NCBI GenBank assembly: GCA_038496445.1
Contig: JALMLS010000578.1
Location: 124,001 to 188,000, forward strand
Reading direction: 5' to 3'
DNA length: 64,000 nt
Source: Trichosphaerium sp. ATCC 40318
Lineage: Eukaryota > Protista > Tubulinea
Part shown: positions 49,128 through 61,152 of the stretch, one piece after another
How positions within the stretch are numbered: the stretch's first letter is position 1
How the letters are laid out: each line of letters starts with the position of its first letter
Made by a program: the position numbers and the translations under genes
Notes under the pieces: generated by a model
Told to the model about the DNA's origin: nothing
The model's database searches: none
The model's input: only the letters and a program-made list of their open reading frames with translations

Positions 49128-51452
49128 ATGGGCAACTTCAAATCTAAAAAAAAGCCTCAATATCAATATCAAAGACCTGTTAGAAAGAATCCTACAAGTG
49201 TACTAGTCGCAGGTATGACATTGGTAGCTCTATTTATAGATAACTACACAATTTTGTTGATATTCGCAGAAATAACATTAAAACTTAGGACCTAGCATGA
49301 GTGGTACTGTTCGGAATAGTTTTAGAGTTAATGTGATTTACAGAAACGTGTTTAGGGAAATCAAAGCTTGTATTACAGTTTAGACTCTTAACAGAGGAAA
49401 AATTAACCCCTCGGGAGCATAATGATTACTCTAGCAAGGGTATATCATTTGTACAGAGGTTCTTGCAAGTTTTATCTACACAACCTGAATTTTCAACTTT
49501 GGACAGCGTAAGATACATCTAAAGCACTAATTAGTAATACGTGACATAAAATAGACAACACAAGATATGGTGAAGTCGTTTTTAGATATGTCTGATGACA
49601 CGTGGACACAACAACTCATTGACGCTTTAAAACTGTATTTTTTTGTTAAGTCAATCTGTTTTGTGAACTAAGTCTTGGGCTAGGTTGAAAGACAACAAAG
49701 AATTAATGGACATGATTTTGTATACTGACTTTAAATGTATCGTTTTATCCTGTAAGGACAACATGAAAGCGTGAGTGGATTGTTAACCTTATGAGATTTG
49801 TTTTAATTTTTTTTTCTAAGTTACATTGATTCAATTTGCTCTCAAACTGCAGATTCTTTCGTTTTGAGTTATGAACAAAGGCTTAACTATCATTCACGTC
49901 CTTTCAACATTAATGAGATAGAGGGTGAAGTTGATGGTACTGACTATAGATTGGGGGATGTTGGAGGTTTGTCTTTGCAAGTCTTGTGTTTTTGACTTTT
50001 TTCTTTTCTTCTATGTCAAATCCTTCTAGGAAGTCGTACTGAGAGAAGACAGTGGATATATTTTTCTTCTGGATTGGATTGTATTATCTATTGTATGTCT
50101 CTTGATAGGTAAGTATCCTCATGTGTTTTCTTGAATTTTTCTTACTATGTTTAACCCTTTCGCTCAAAAAAAGTTACTTGTACTACCTTTGGGAAGATGA
50201 TACAATTAATGCGTTTGAAGAGTCATTGGGATTACTTGAAGGTCTAATACAATGTTTGTATTTCAATGCGCCTGTTGTCCTTGTAATGACAAAACTTGAT
50301 ATGTTTGACAAAGAAATACAAAAGCGTCCAGAAAAGTTTAGAGAGTTCTTCCCTAGCTACAAAGGTACTAACCGGTTTACCCACGTAACTTATATTTTTG
50401 CGATAGGAACAATGAATTTATACGATTGTGCCATGCACGTGTTCAATGTCATTTGTTCAAGGCTAGAAAACTCAACATGTTTCCTTGGGGCTACCTTTGC
50501 ATCTTTGATAGAAAACCCTAATGCAATATCCTATATTTTAAGACAAACTCCAGAGAAAGTAGGCTTCTTTAGTGATCCAGGAAAACAATATTCACCTTGT
50601 ATGTATAGTAGCAAACCTTTAATATTTACACTAATTCCTTCATGTCTAGTATCAGCCATCCGGCCTTTCATGTTTCCAATAAAAACATCGACACTGCTAC
50701 TTGATGTAGCAAAGTTAAGCCAAGAACTATATGCCAACATGAACACAGATAATGCGTTTATTTGTTCCATACGCAAATACGGATCTCGTAAAAATAAAAC
50801 CAAAGCGTCAGTTCTAAAATACCTCAGAAGATTATACAAATCAAACACTCAAGACTTTGCTATTAAGACTGGAACAGATTGTATTAAATGTCACAAGGTA
50901 AGCTCTATTTTTGCTTCTACTGACATAATTCAACTAGGCAATATTGATGTGCCGAGCTACATTCTTTGAAGGAGCTATTCTTTCCAACAATCTTGGGACG
51001 GATGGTGACGGTGACACAAGCATTACTTAGAAGAAGATGCTTTCATTATCAGAACTTTTATTCAGTTTGCATACTTTGATGACATACCTTCTAATCTTGA
51101 TTTGGATGCTCTATTGAATCTCTTAAAATTCTCAGATAAGTATTGTATAGATTCTCTACAATCTGTTGTGATATTCTATGTATTTAATCATAGTACACGT
51201 GATAAGATTACTAACAGTGACAATGATTATTATCTTTCAAAAATGAGCGAATTTCTTGATTATGGATTATTGGGATGCAACTCGTTCATCATAAACAATA
51301 TAACTTCGTGGTTTCTCTATCAGGAATCCAAAACACTTAACAGGTTTCTTAAAAAACACAAGAAAACTGTTGCAGTGAAGTATCTCTTAGATCAAACAGT
51401 TCTGGTGCTACAAGAAACTAATGAACCTTCAAAAAAGAAAATATTCAAATAG
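49128..51452 (+). CDS. Divergent heterotrimeric G-protein alpha subunit fused to a C-terminal BTB/POZ domain, multi-exon
   Basis: MGNFKS myristoylation motif. P-loop VLVA|GPSMS|GKSKL via a 15-nt microexon (49289-49303). DVGG|SRTERRQW, CIIYCMSLDS, LWEDDTINAFEESLGLLE, VVLVMTKLD. BTB: DFAIKTG..IKCHK|AILMCRATFFE..FIQFAYFD..LLKFSDKYCIDSL. Confidence 0.82.
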
Positions 51453-51956
51453 GAGTATAGGCATAAGGCACCACAGTAATTAAATCATTTGTAATCTAGC
51501 AGTACGCCAAGGTGTCTACTAAAAGAGGCAATAATTTTGGCATTTTAGTTATTCTGTTGTCACCAAGTTATAAATACAATTAAGAGGCTGTAAGCAACCT
51601 AATACCGACCAAATGCAACTTTCTAAGCACGTGATTCTGCTAACGAAGCTCAGTGAAAAATAGTTACAGAAAGCCGGCTCATCTCTGTAATTGTTTTGAG
51701 GATAGACTCACATTCATATTGTACTGAGCGTATACTTGCCACTACAATAGAATGTACATTCACCAGTGTCTTTCAGTGGTCGGAAACGGTTTTAACCAAA
51801 TGATACATAGTATAGCGTGCTTATAAAAAAGTAAAACAGCTGTCATTTTTTTTGAAGCTCATTGCATGGACGCTTTAGTTTTTTTTTGGACTGACAGTGT
51901 AATGGTTCCTTACAACATTAACACTGACACTTGAACCGTTGACACCACCACCATAT

Positions 51957-52878
51957 CTGTGTGACTGGCCCCTTTTTTTATTCACTGGCCTGTCCAAATT
52001 CCATTTTCTCACTGGCCCCTCTTTTCAACTTTTTTTGTTTGAGACTTTCTCAATATGTAGCGTATATAATTGGACAACAATGATTTAAATTTACTACCAA
52101 TATATGGTAGAAAGTATACCCACGCTCATAAGTAACAAAATCATCACAATGTGTCTCCAGAGATGGATAACTGAATTTTTGTTTTTTGTTTTTGAAGTAA
52201 ATAAGCAAACAACAACAAAGCTAAAATGACAGGCATACACCTTAAAACACTCATATATGAGATATATACATATATTAATATGCGGTCACTGTTTGTTAAA
52301 AAATAGATTAATAGCCATGCATATTTTCTCTATGCCAAAAATCAATACAAAAATTGTCTTATACCAACGTCATGGTTGGACCATGTACTGCTTTTCCTAC
52401 TGTACTATGTTGTATATTGAATGATAAAAATTGAAGCAAGCTTGTTTTGAGTGTGTTTTTGGTATGGGTTTACTTTTATTTAACAGTAAAGGGTAAGTAT
52501 GTGGTTTCGACATTGTTTTTTTTTTTGTAGCAATGTATAAAAATAAAAAATCAATGCTTGGTTATTTGTTAATGAGCTTTTAATGACAGTACTAAATCAA
52601 TATAATTTTTCAACATGTAGACATAGTTTGAAGACTTAAACTTATCCAGTTGGGCAGGAATAGTGCTCACAATTATCTGCCCGAAAATTCAACCAAAAAA
52701 GTTCATGGCTTTCCTATTTAGGTATAGTTCATTGAATATTTATAAAAACATGTGTGATTATTACTGAGATATAAACTTAAAAGTAACATTTGGTTAGAAG
52801 TGAATATCTCTTGAGGATGAGCTTCGTCATTCAATACTGCCAGGGCCAGTGACAATAAAAAAAGGGCCAGTGACACAG
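51957..52878. mobile_element. Non-autonomous TIR element (MITE), ~920 bp, flanked by ATAT
   Basis: Left CTGTGTGACTGGCCCCTTTTTTTATTCACTGGCC versus right GGCCAGTGACAATAAAAAAAGGGCCAGTGACACAG (imperfect ~35 bp TIR with repeated ACTGGCC). ATAT on both sides (51953-56, 52879-82). AT-rich non-coding interior. Confidence 0.75.
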
Positions 52879-53299
52879 ATATATAGCACATGCGAATGGT
52901 AGTATTCAAAGATTATCTCAGATGCTAAATAAATGATCTACAACAGTGTTGTTACTTTTGTTACTGTACTACAAAAACACTAATCTGTAACCTTCAAGTC
53001 GTATTAAAGAAACAACTACTATGCTAGGTTCCTCGAAATGCTATTTATTCTCGTACTTTAAAGTACACAACAAGAATCAGTTCATTCCCTACATCAAATA
53101 ATATGTTCATCACATTGGTGGCCCTTTGTGATGTTGATTCTTTCAAGTAGTTGGTCACAATCACTCTTGGTGGTGTTGTGGTTGTTTTCTGTGCCGATAA
53201 TTAACCACCAATTGTTGTTCATAAAAGAGTAGTGTATTGTTTTTTGGTTTTTTAATCAAACTTGTTCAGTGTTCCAAAGGTTTACCACGACCTGCATAC

Positions 53300-54600
53300 A
53301 TTAAACCAGAGCCAAAAAGCAATCACCAGAATCCAGTGATATCTTAGACGACAGTGAACCTCCAAAAAAGCCTCAAAGAACTGGCAATGGTGTTATTGAC
53401 TGAAGTGAAGATTTGCAGCCTGCTGGTAAGTGTTTCTTTTGTCGTCTTTGATCTGTTTTGTGTCATCTGCTCTAAGTCACTGTTGTAGAACTGAATCCCA
53501 ATTCTACTCTTGGAGATGTTCTGGCAGTTCTGAGCCAGAAATTATGCGCCAAAAATTGTGCAATTTGTTAAAGAGAATGAGATTGATGGAGATGTAATCT
53601 TCAATTTCAATCATTCTGACAAAAGAGCCACTTGGACTGTCAAGCCAGCAAATTATAGCGCTTATGTTCGAAGTTAACCCAGCGCTTTGTTGGTAAAGGA
53701 TGGCCTGAGGAATACATTGATAAGCAGATTTCGTAGTTTTATCATGGTTTTTTCCTGAATCGTTGGAAAAAAAAGACTACATTCCGTAGAAAGCAACACA
53801 GAAGAGATGAACAAGAAGATAAATAGAGAAACTGTAAAGATGTCGTCCTACAGCGAACAATTAACAAGGTTGTAGAAGAGAAAATAAGAAAAAGCGTACC
53901 ATAGACTGCCAGCAGTCTTTTGGCGGATAATGCTTTTCACATCTGTACTCTATGTCGGTGTGAGTATGTTGTTATATGTTAAAAACTTTCAGAAACATTT
54001 CAAAGAGACACCACTGAGACCCACTGTGGTACTTACAATTTTCCTAGTATTTGTGCTTCACTCTTTGGCAATAACTGATTCCTGTCAAGCAGGTTGTTAA
54101 TCTACCGTCGCTTCATATGATCACAAGCTGACTGTTGGTCACTGTGGATTCAAAAATACTCGGAAAATTATTGCCAAAAACAAAAAAAACTGAAAGGATT
54201 TTCCATGCCCTCATATAAAGCCTCCATTTATGGACTGCAGCATGCGCCAAAATACCTATTATAAGTCCTAAACTGTTTTGAGAGCTGCACCGGCGCTTTC
54301 CAGTTCTCTGGTTGTCGACATGATCAAGGAAATTGTATTGTAAAGGAGAAAATTCTGAAGGATTTCTTGGGGGGTTTGACTAACGGTGAGCACTAGAACA
54401 CCGTGTTTTATTAGTCTTCCTACACTTAGAAACTGCACCAGCGCTTTCCAGTTTCATAAGTCTGAACATGAGGAGGGTATATACATGTAGATTATATCAA
54501 ATCTTTGTTTAAATGGAAGCCAAAGTGGGGAAAACACAACTAAACCCAGTCAGGTCGTTGCTTCCAATAGTAGAACAATCCAAAAATACTTTTAAACAAC
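53300..54600 (+). pseudogene. Degenerate gene remnant with SAM-like motif
   Basis: TLGDVLAVL / (frameshift) KIVQFVKENEIDGDVIF resembles the SAM F.ENEIDG motif. Multiple stops and frameshifts. Its 3' part overlaps repeat copy 2. Confidence 0.4.
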
Positions 54601-54928
54601 GGATTTTATCCAGTAAATAAATTGTGGGATTTGTGAATAAAGCTCAACCTCTGACAGACGCTCTAAACCAATGATTGAGACATCTTTCGATGCGTTTTAA
54701 TTTTAGAAGTGAAATTCGAGTTATTTTAGTGAACGTTTCACGCTTCATTATCAACTCTCTACATTTAAATTTGGTTTTTATTTCGTTCTATAATTGTTGT
54801 GGTAGTGACTGAATTTATTGACACTTTAGTTGGAGTCGAATTGGTCCTCACAGAGCATAGTAATTAATAAAAACAAATTCGAAGCTATTTTAAATGACCG
54901 TGGCCTACATATACGCAAGAGCTATTTA
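54182..54928. repeat. Dispersed ~740 bp repeat, copy 2 (inverted relative to 35453-36194)
   Basis: Reverse complement matches copy 1, e.g. GAGCACTAGAACACCGTGTTTTATTAGTCTTCCTACACTTAGAAACTGCACCAGCGCTTTCCAG. Confidence 0.9.
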
Positions 54929-55506
54929 GCGAAAAGGCCAAAACTCCTTACAACTTAATAACTATTCCCAAGACAACAATAAAGGTGTACTTACAACAAT
55001 TAGAGGCAATGAGAGACAACCATTGCAAACAGTTCTGATCATGAGGCTAGACCAAATTATAGTTGTTTAGAGGCCCGGTTACGAAACATGGGAAGCAGAA
55101 TTTTTTGTGAAATAGTTTGATTGTCAGGAAATTATACGTCTTGTGCCTTGCTCCACGTTATTGTATTTTCCATGATTGTATTTGACTCTCACGCACTCCA
55201 TAGAGATGAAGGCAGTACAGTTGAAATACGTGAAGCCAGCAAAAGTGGGTGGACAGTTACTTTTATTTTCAAGTTACACCAACTAATGATGCGTACAATC
55301 TCCAAAATATGCGCCTAAACCGTCTTTTGACTGCAACTGATGCTTTCTTGAGAGAACGGTATCGATTCATATCGCTTGCGAAGCTTAGTGTGGTTCTAAT
55401 TTTTCTTGTGGAGTAATTTCTGACGTATCAATGCACGTGCACATAGATTAGCCTTCGTATTAAGATTTGGGGAATGAAGGAAGTATCACCTTTATTATAA
55501 CAAGTG

Positions 55507-56205
55507 CTAAAACAACCACGCAGTAGAATATACAATGAATGAACCTCCTATCATTATAAGTGGGTACCATACAACCAAACTTCTAATAACATCCAAAAAC
55601 TGACCCCAAATCAACCCACCAGTCCTGTGATCCCTGTACCGAAATAAGTTGCAAATTTTTTAAGTGATTGTGATGTACCATTTCCAAGGATTCTTTAGAG
55701 TATTGCTTATTTTTTCTTTACATTGTGGACATGTATCTTTTTTCGCTACAATAATCCACCCTTGAATACAAAACTCATGAAACTCATGACCACAATCTAA
55801 AGTAATAAGACGCTCAACATGATCTTCATGAGGCTCCAATAATGCTTCATGACATATACTACAACATGTGTGACTACCTTTCTCCATCTTATCAGTCGCA
55901 GCACTCTATTTTTACAAAACATGAGCAAGCAATTACAACAAACATCCGTGCGCTTAGTTTCGAAAAAAAAATAATGGCGTACTGTGTTTTCACCTTTGTA
56001 TGCAACCAATTCTGTACTCAGCTCAGCACAATCACGGCTGAGTACACCAAAGTAAATACCATCAAAGAAAATCCAATATCCTAGTGTTGATACCCAAGAA
56101 GGTAATAAAGCACGTGCAAATATATTAATCATGATAACAGTATAACCCAATACAGTAACCAAGAAACAAAGTTTATGTGTAAAGTAGAACCAAGAATAAA
56201 TTAAC
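55507..56205 (-). CDS. RNF121/RNF175-like membrane RING-H2 E3 ligase; only the 3' exons are present
   Basis: LIYSWFYFTHKLC..FDGIYFGVLSRDCAEL; CSICHEAL..LDCGHEFHEFCIQGWIIVAKKDTCPQCKEK..NPWK; LDVIRSLVVWYP. No upstream exons found. Confidence 0.8.
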
Positions 56206-56239
56206 CTTTCACTCACGTGGGTTAGAACAATAATTTTTT

Positions 56240-56981
56240 TTAAGTGACTTGGCAAAAATTTATGGTTTACACAAAAGCAATGTTTCTCGTTCATTACACC
56301 ACACGTTGCCAATTATTCGCTCAAATCTAAACATTATAAAGTGGCCAAAGAGTTTACCAACTGGTGATAATTGCCAAGTCATAATGGATGGCACGGCACA
56401 CTATCGGTACTATTTTGTTTTGTTGTTTTGTATTAACAGTTTTTGAAGTAATAGAGTACATCCAACCAAAAAGAATTTTACAGGGGAGATAAACACGCGC
56501 ATTTTATCTTAGCGCTTGTTATAACTAATATTCAAGGCACACCAGTGCGTGTTGTGCTTTCTCGCCATAACAATGATGCAGGCACCTTTAAGTTAGCTGA
56601 TATTGGCAAAGCATTGGAAGAACGTGACACCTTTGGGTTAGCTGGTACGAATACAAAACATGCTTTTTCGCTCATCATAATGTAGACCGAGGTTTTGGCC
56701 ATTATCGTCTATTAACCCCACTGCACTGGATTCAGCAAAATGGCGTGGGAAGCACGTGCGCGCACGTTTACCAGTAGAAATTTTAAACGCAATGACAAAA
56801 TTATATCACGTTGCCACTGCAAAGTACTGACTTGGTTTGGATACTAGTAACCATTAATTCAACAATTAGGTTTCGTGGCTCTGTGGGGCAACAAATTTTA
56901 TGCCTGGAGATTGTTTACGAGCTGACGACAGCACGCTTACTAGAATACCCTATACTATCGCCAAACAGTGTTGTGAGGTAG
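56240..56981 (+). mobile_element. Truncated, frameshifted DDE_Tnp_4 (PIF/Harbinger-ISL2EU/IS5-like) transposase gene with spliceosomal introns
   Basis: HTH LAKIYGLHKSNVSRSL; catalytic motifs IMDGTAH, YRGDKHAHF, HNNDAG, GLA|DRGF, RLPVEILN. Three GT-AG introns, several frameshifts. Confidence 0.8.
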
Positions 56982-57203
56982 ATTTTCGTTTGTATGTATG
57001 TGATGCGCGAGTGTTAACCCAGCCCAATAATGTGGAAATAAATACTAGTCACGATAATCCACCAGCGTAAATTTTTTTGTTTGATTTGAAAAACGTTCGA
57101 TTATTCGCAACGCTTTTTTGGACTTCCATTGACAAAATCGAAGGTTTTTGGCCTTCTCTGTTCCGTGAAAATATTTCGTCGGATGTAATTCGCATTTTAC
57201 TTA

Positions 57204-58570
57204 ATGCTACACGTGAAAGTAGGCGATGGTCAAAACGGAGACGAAGTAGAAACACTGACAGCACCAAGGGAATTTGTAACGCAAAGTTCAGTTCTAAAGG
57301 CGCAGTTGGAACAGATTGAAAACAAAGAAACAAAGGATGACTTTCTTATTGTCTTAAAGCATGCTAAAGGCTTTCACTGGCTTCTTGCTAATTACAACAG
57401 ACCAACGCAAGACATCTACGATGAGTACATAACTAAAGACGGAGACATAGAAACTGTGCGCCACAATAGAAAAAACAAACCCACGTGACCTTTACGATAG
57501 TGTTAAGATTTTATTGTTTTAGCTTTGGGAAGCTTTGAGGTGTTGTGACTACCTTGACATGCAAGGCTACTCTACTGTTGGTTCTCTTGTTAAAATAATT
57601 CAACTTGAGGGTGGCGCTGGTAGAGAATTTGATCATTTCTTGCTAAAATATGGAGTTCCAATGAAGATTGTAAGCACAGTGCTCAAGAACGCTCATGAAG
57701 GCAGTACGGTTCTATCATTTCTTAACTTATTGATCATTGACTTCTAATTTGGCTGACTTGCACTTTGCTTTTAGAGTATCATGGAAACCAAGACTTCATC
57801 ATTGTCGTTAGAGATTCTGTTCGTTTGGGTCTGAATGAAGAAATGTTCCACATTCTTGAAAAGATCAGTATCAAAGCTTGCATAAGTGTGGCGAAAAGGT
57901 ACTTTGCTCTTCTCATTGAAGGTGTGTTACCTTTCCGTCTCATATTGGGAAGATGTTGCGTCCTTACTGGTGTGAATTAACAGCTGAGGATGTAAGAGAG
58001 ACCCTTAATGTGCCAATGGACCTGTTAAAGGATACAGTTGTAGCTCTGGCCATCAAAAATCTTAAGAGAAATCGGTTTGCTTTTCTGTCCTGGCTCCTCA
58101 CTTTACAGTCAATAAAATATCCAAGGCTATGCTTAGATATAAAAGAAGCTTTTCTATTGGAGTGCTTATCGAATGCAAAGGAAAAAAGGAGTAGCTGGCT
58201 TGCTGATTGGAAAGTCAAAATGGAAAGAGTACTTTGGCATCATGAAGTCACTCCAGGTTTGAAAGGTTTGCCTCCTTCAACAGTGTGGAGGGCGATCAGT
58301 AATTACCTAGAAGTAACGCCAAAAATACCCTTCTTTTGGCCTGCTGTCAAGTACGTAGTACTAAAAGAGGGTTGTGTAAATAGCTAAACTGAATGTTTTG
58401 TTAGGTATGGTACTCTCGTTTCAGGCTTGAGCACTGAGTTTGTCATACATTTTGATCGCGCATCAAGGCAGCTGATTGGTGCTGATAGCACAGTTATCCC
58501 TGATCTTGTCTTGTTAGGTTGGCGTATAACATGGAACCAAGAAGCGAAAGATGAAGCAAGCGAAGAATGA
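57204..58570 (+). CDS. Hypothetical protein with N-terminal Skp1/BTB-like region, multi-exon
   Basis: REFVTQSSVLKAQLE ... LWEALRCCDYLDM resembles Skp1/POZ (A..S..LK.ML; L.ELI.AANYLDI). Confidence 0.55.
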
Positions 58571-59352
58571 CAAAGTATCGTTTTATCGTGGATGCCAAAA
58601 AAGTACCTAAAACAATCAATAGTCTCTTCTCTTTATTGAACTGTAAACATGATATACTGGCATTGCTAGCCGCAAAATAATATATACATATGTATACTTG
58701 TTAGAATAAACGTACAAACATTTGACTAACACAGGGCATCAATACCGGATATTATATAGATAAGCAAGGGAGTAATCTAAGCCTTAAAGCGTCAGTTAGG
58801 TTTGTAATACGTTCCAAACAAATACAGTTCACGTTCTTATACCCTTCACTTTAATAATTGGAACACATATGTTGCAATTATCTATTTTTACAAAAAAACG
58901 TGAGCCTCAGCGCTCTCACTGAAGATTACCAAATATCTTATTCGACTACAAGATTACAAAGAAAAAAATCACCTACTAGTTGTTTATTGGTGGTTGTTGC
59001 CATCACTACTCATTTGAAAACGAATAAAACCCTGCGTTGGATGTCAATAAGTGCTATAAGTATGCTACATGTGCATATACACAATCCCACACAATTTATT
59101 TCTTGGATAAAGTTTGTACTATTGCTTTCTTCAAGAACATAGCAACATGATTTGAGAAACAGTCGAAGTATCCCTGACCAACACGTGATCTTTTGAAACA
59201 AAGAAAAGAAGTTGTTGGCTCTAACTTACACTTCTGAAAAGGATTAAGAAGGGTTCAAAGCAATTACTACTTGGCTTAAAATAGGCGAAAGAAAAGGTTA
59301 AGCAGTTTTAAGCGAGATAGAGCCGTTCACTTAAATTTGAGAAGAAACGGCA

Positions 59353-60351
59353 ATGGCATCGAAACGCGCCTCACTTGAGGCATACACGGATACCACAGAC
59401 TTGTTTTCGCTACCTTTGGAGATACTCTTGAATATTATCGTGAGTAATAACCTATCATGGCAAGATTTAGGTTCATTACAACAATCAAACCATTTTCTGA
59501 AGGATACAATCCAAGCTGACGAAGAATACATCTATAAACGTTTATACCACCAGAAATGGGGTTCTAACGCTCAAGAAATAGAGAACCTTGTTCATGAACT
59601 AGCAGAGAATGAGTTAAAGCAATATTTAAACGAATCCTACTCAACATACTGCCGTGTAACGAAAAAGTGGATACGACATACAATCGAAATGCCATCGACT
59701 TTGTATAATCTCAACGCAATCACGTGGAAAGAAAAGTATAGAAATAAACTTGTTCCAAATGTCATAGCGGAGCTGAGTTGTGATAAAACAAAGATTCATA
59801 GAGGAGATACAGTAACATTCAAACTCACACTTGAGAATATCGGAAAAAAAGAAGAAACAGTATTTCTCGGTCATGGCTATAGCCTTGATGAATGTTCCGT
59901 TATTCAAACTGGTAAAGCTTTTTTTATTTGGAAGCCTACTGTCAAAGATCCTGATGGGTATCTCAACAACTACAGATATCATGATAGCAGAAGGTACAGG
60001 CGTGGGACAATGATGGTTGATTTTACTGAAACTTTGAAACCAGGAGATAAGGAAACATATGAGATACCTTTCCTTTTCAATGCATCAATAGAACCCAAAG
60101 ACAGGTCAGGCCAATACCGGCGCAGTCCCGCTAGAAGAAACCATATTGCTCATCGTGGTACCTTTTCTCTTGAAGGAAAAATCTATCATACTTATGTCGC
60201 AAATGATAAGACACCTGATGTGTTTCCTCTTCAAGTATTTGTTAGAGTCAATACACTTAAAGAAAGGCACAAGATGCACTTGAATACTGTTTATGGGCAT
60301 TGTTCACTAGTCAATAGTAACATTGTAAACCTTACTATGCACAAGCAGTAA
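59353..60351 (+). CDS. Intronless F-box protein with C-terminal Ig-like (DUF11/CARDB-like) domain
   Basis: LFSLPLEILLNIIVSNNLSWQDLGSLQQSNHFL..IYKRLYHQKW; LSCDKTKIHRGDTVTFKLTLENIG..TLKPGDKETYEIPF. Single 332-aa ORF. Confidence 0.8.
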   Translation: MASKRASLEAYTDTTDLFSLPLEILLNIIVSNNLSWQDLGSLQQSNHFLKDTIQADEEYIYKRLYHQKWGSNAQEIENLVHELAENELKQYLNESYSTYCRVTKKWIRHTIEMPSTLYNLNAITWKEKYRNKLVPNVIAELSCDKTKIHRGDTVTFKLTLENIGKKEETVFLGHGYSLDECSVIQTGKAFFIWKPTVKDPDGYLNNYRYHDSRRYRRGTMMVDFTETLKPGDKETYEIPFLFNASIEPKDRSGQYRRSPARRNHIAHRGTFSLEGKIYHTYVANDKTPDVFPLQVFVRVNTLKERHKMHLNTVYGHCSLVNSNIVNLTMHKQ

Positions 60352-61152
60352 ATAAACCAATAATAGATAGAGACTGAGGGGTAGATTTACTGTTTGAAAC
60401 TCTTAAATTTGAATCTGTTTTTTTGCTTTTATGCTAAGGGTCTTTTCCGAGTTAGGTAAAGGTGCATGTCCGTTTTAGGTTAATGGACTTATCTTTCAGG
60501 TTTATTCCAATAAAAGGCGAGATCAAGGATGTTGCATCTCCTCAGCGTCAAAAGAAAAAATATGACCAGAAAATGAAGTCTTGTAGCAGCAATACAATGA
60601 ATCTTGATTGAAATGGCATCAAAACAACAGGCACACCTTCCTTTATTTAACCTACCTACTAACGCCTGACATTGCTAATGACCAATAGACACATAAGCAC
60701 ATTATGGCCTACTATGCCTTCCAATAGAACTAGCGGCCTTAGTTGTAGGATAATAGCGTATTTATTAAAGGTTAATTCAGAGAATACATAATGTTCATTA
60801 TCGAGAGATCACTAATCTCATGATTAAATGTAATCAGAGAATAGTAACATATGCTGTTGCATGTTACAGCCATGGTACAACACCACATTTTTAAACGGTT
60901 AGCTGATTAGTTTGTTGCTGAGTTTCATACCATCGGAGCTCCAGATTTTTATAACCGGCTTTGCTGGGACAGGACTACGACCACCTCTAGCCCAAATAAA
61001 TGTCCCTGTTGTAAATGAAAGTTGATATGTCAAAGTTGATTGTCACGTGTGTTCAGTTTCAAAAAACTTAACTATTTAAGTTATAACCATTACGTGTGTG
61101 TTTTTCAGTAAACTACCAGAATTGTGTTGCACCAATACATAACCCTTAAACG

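Noticed and set aside
51895-51926. Hairpin CAGTGTAATG...CATTAACACTG as a Helitron end
   Set aside because: No downstream CTRR terminus or other support.
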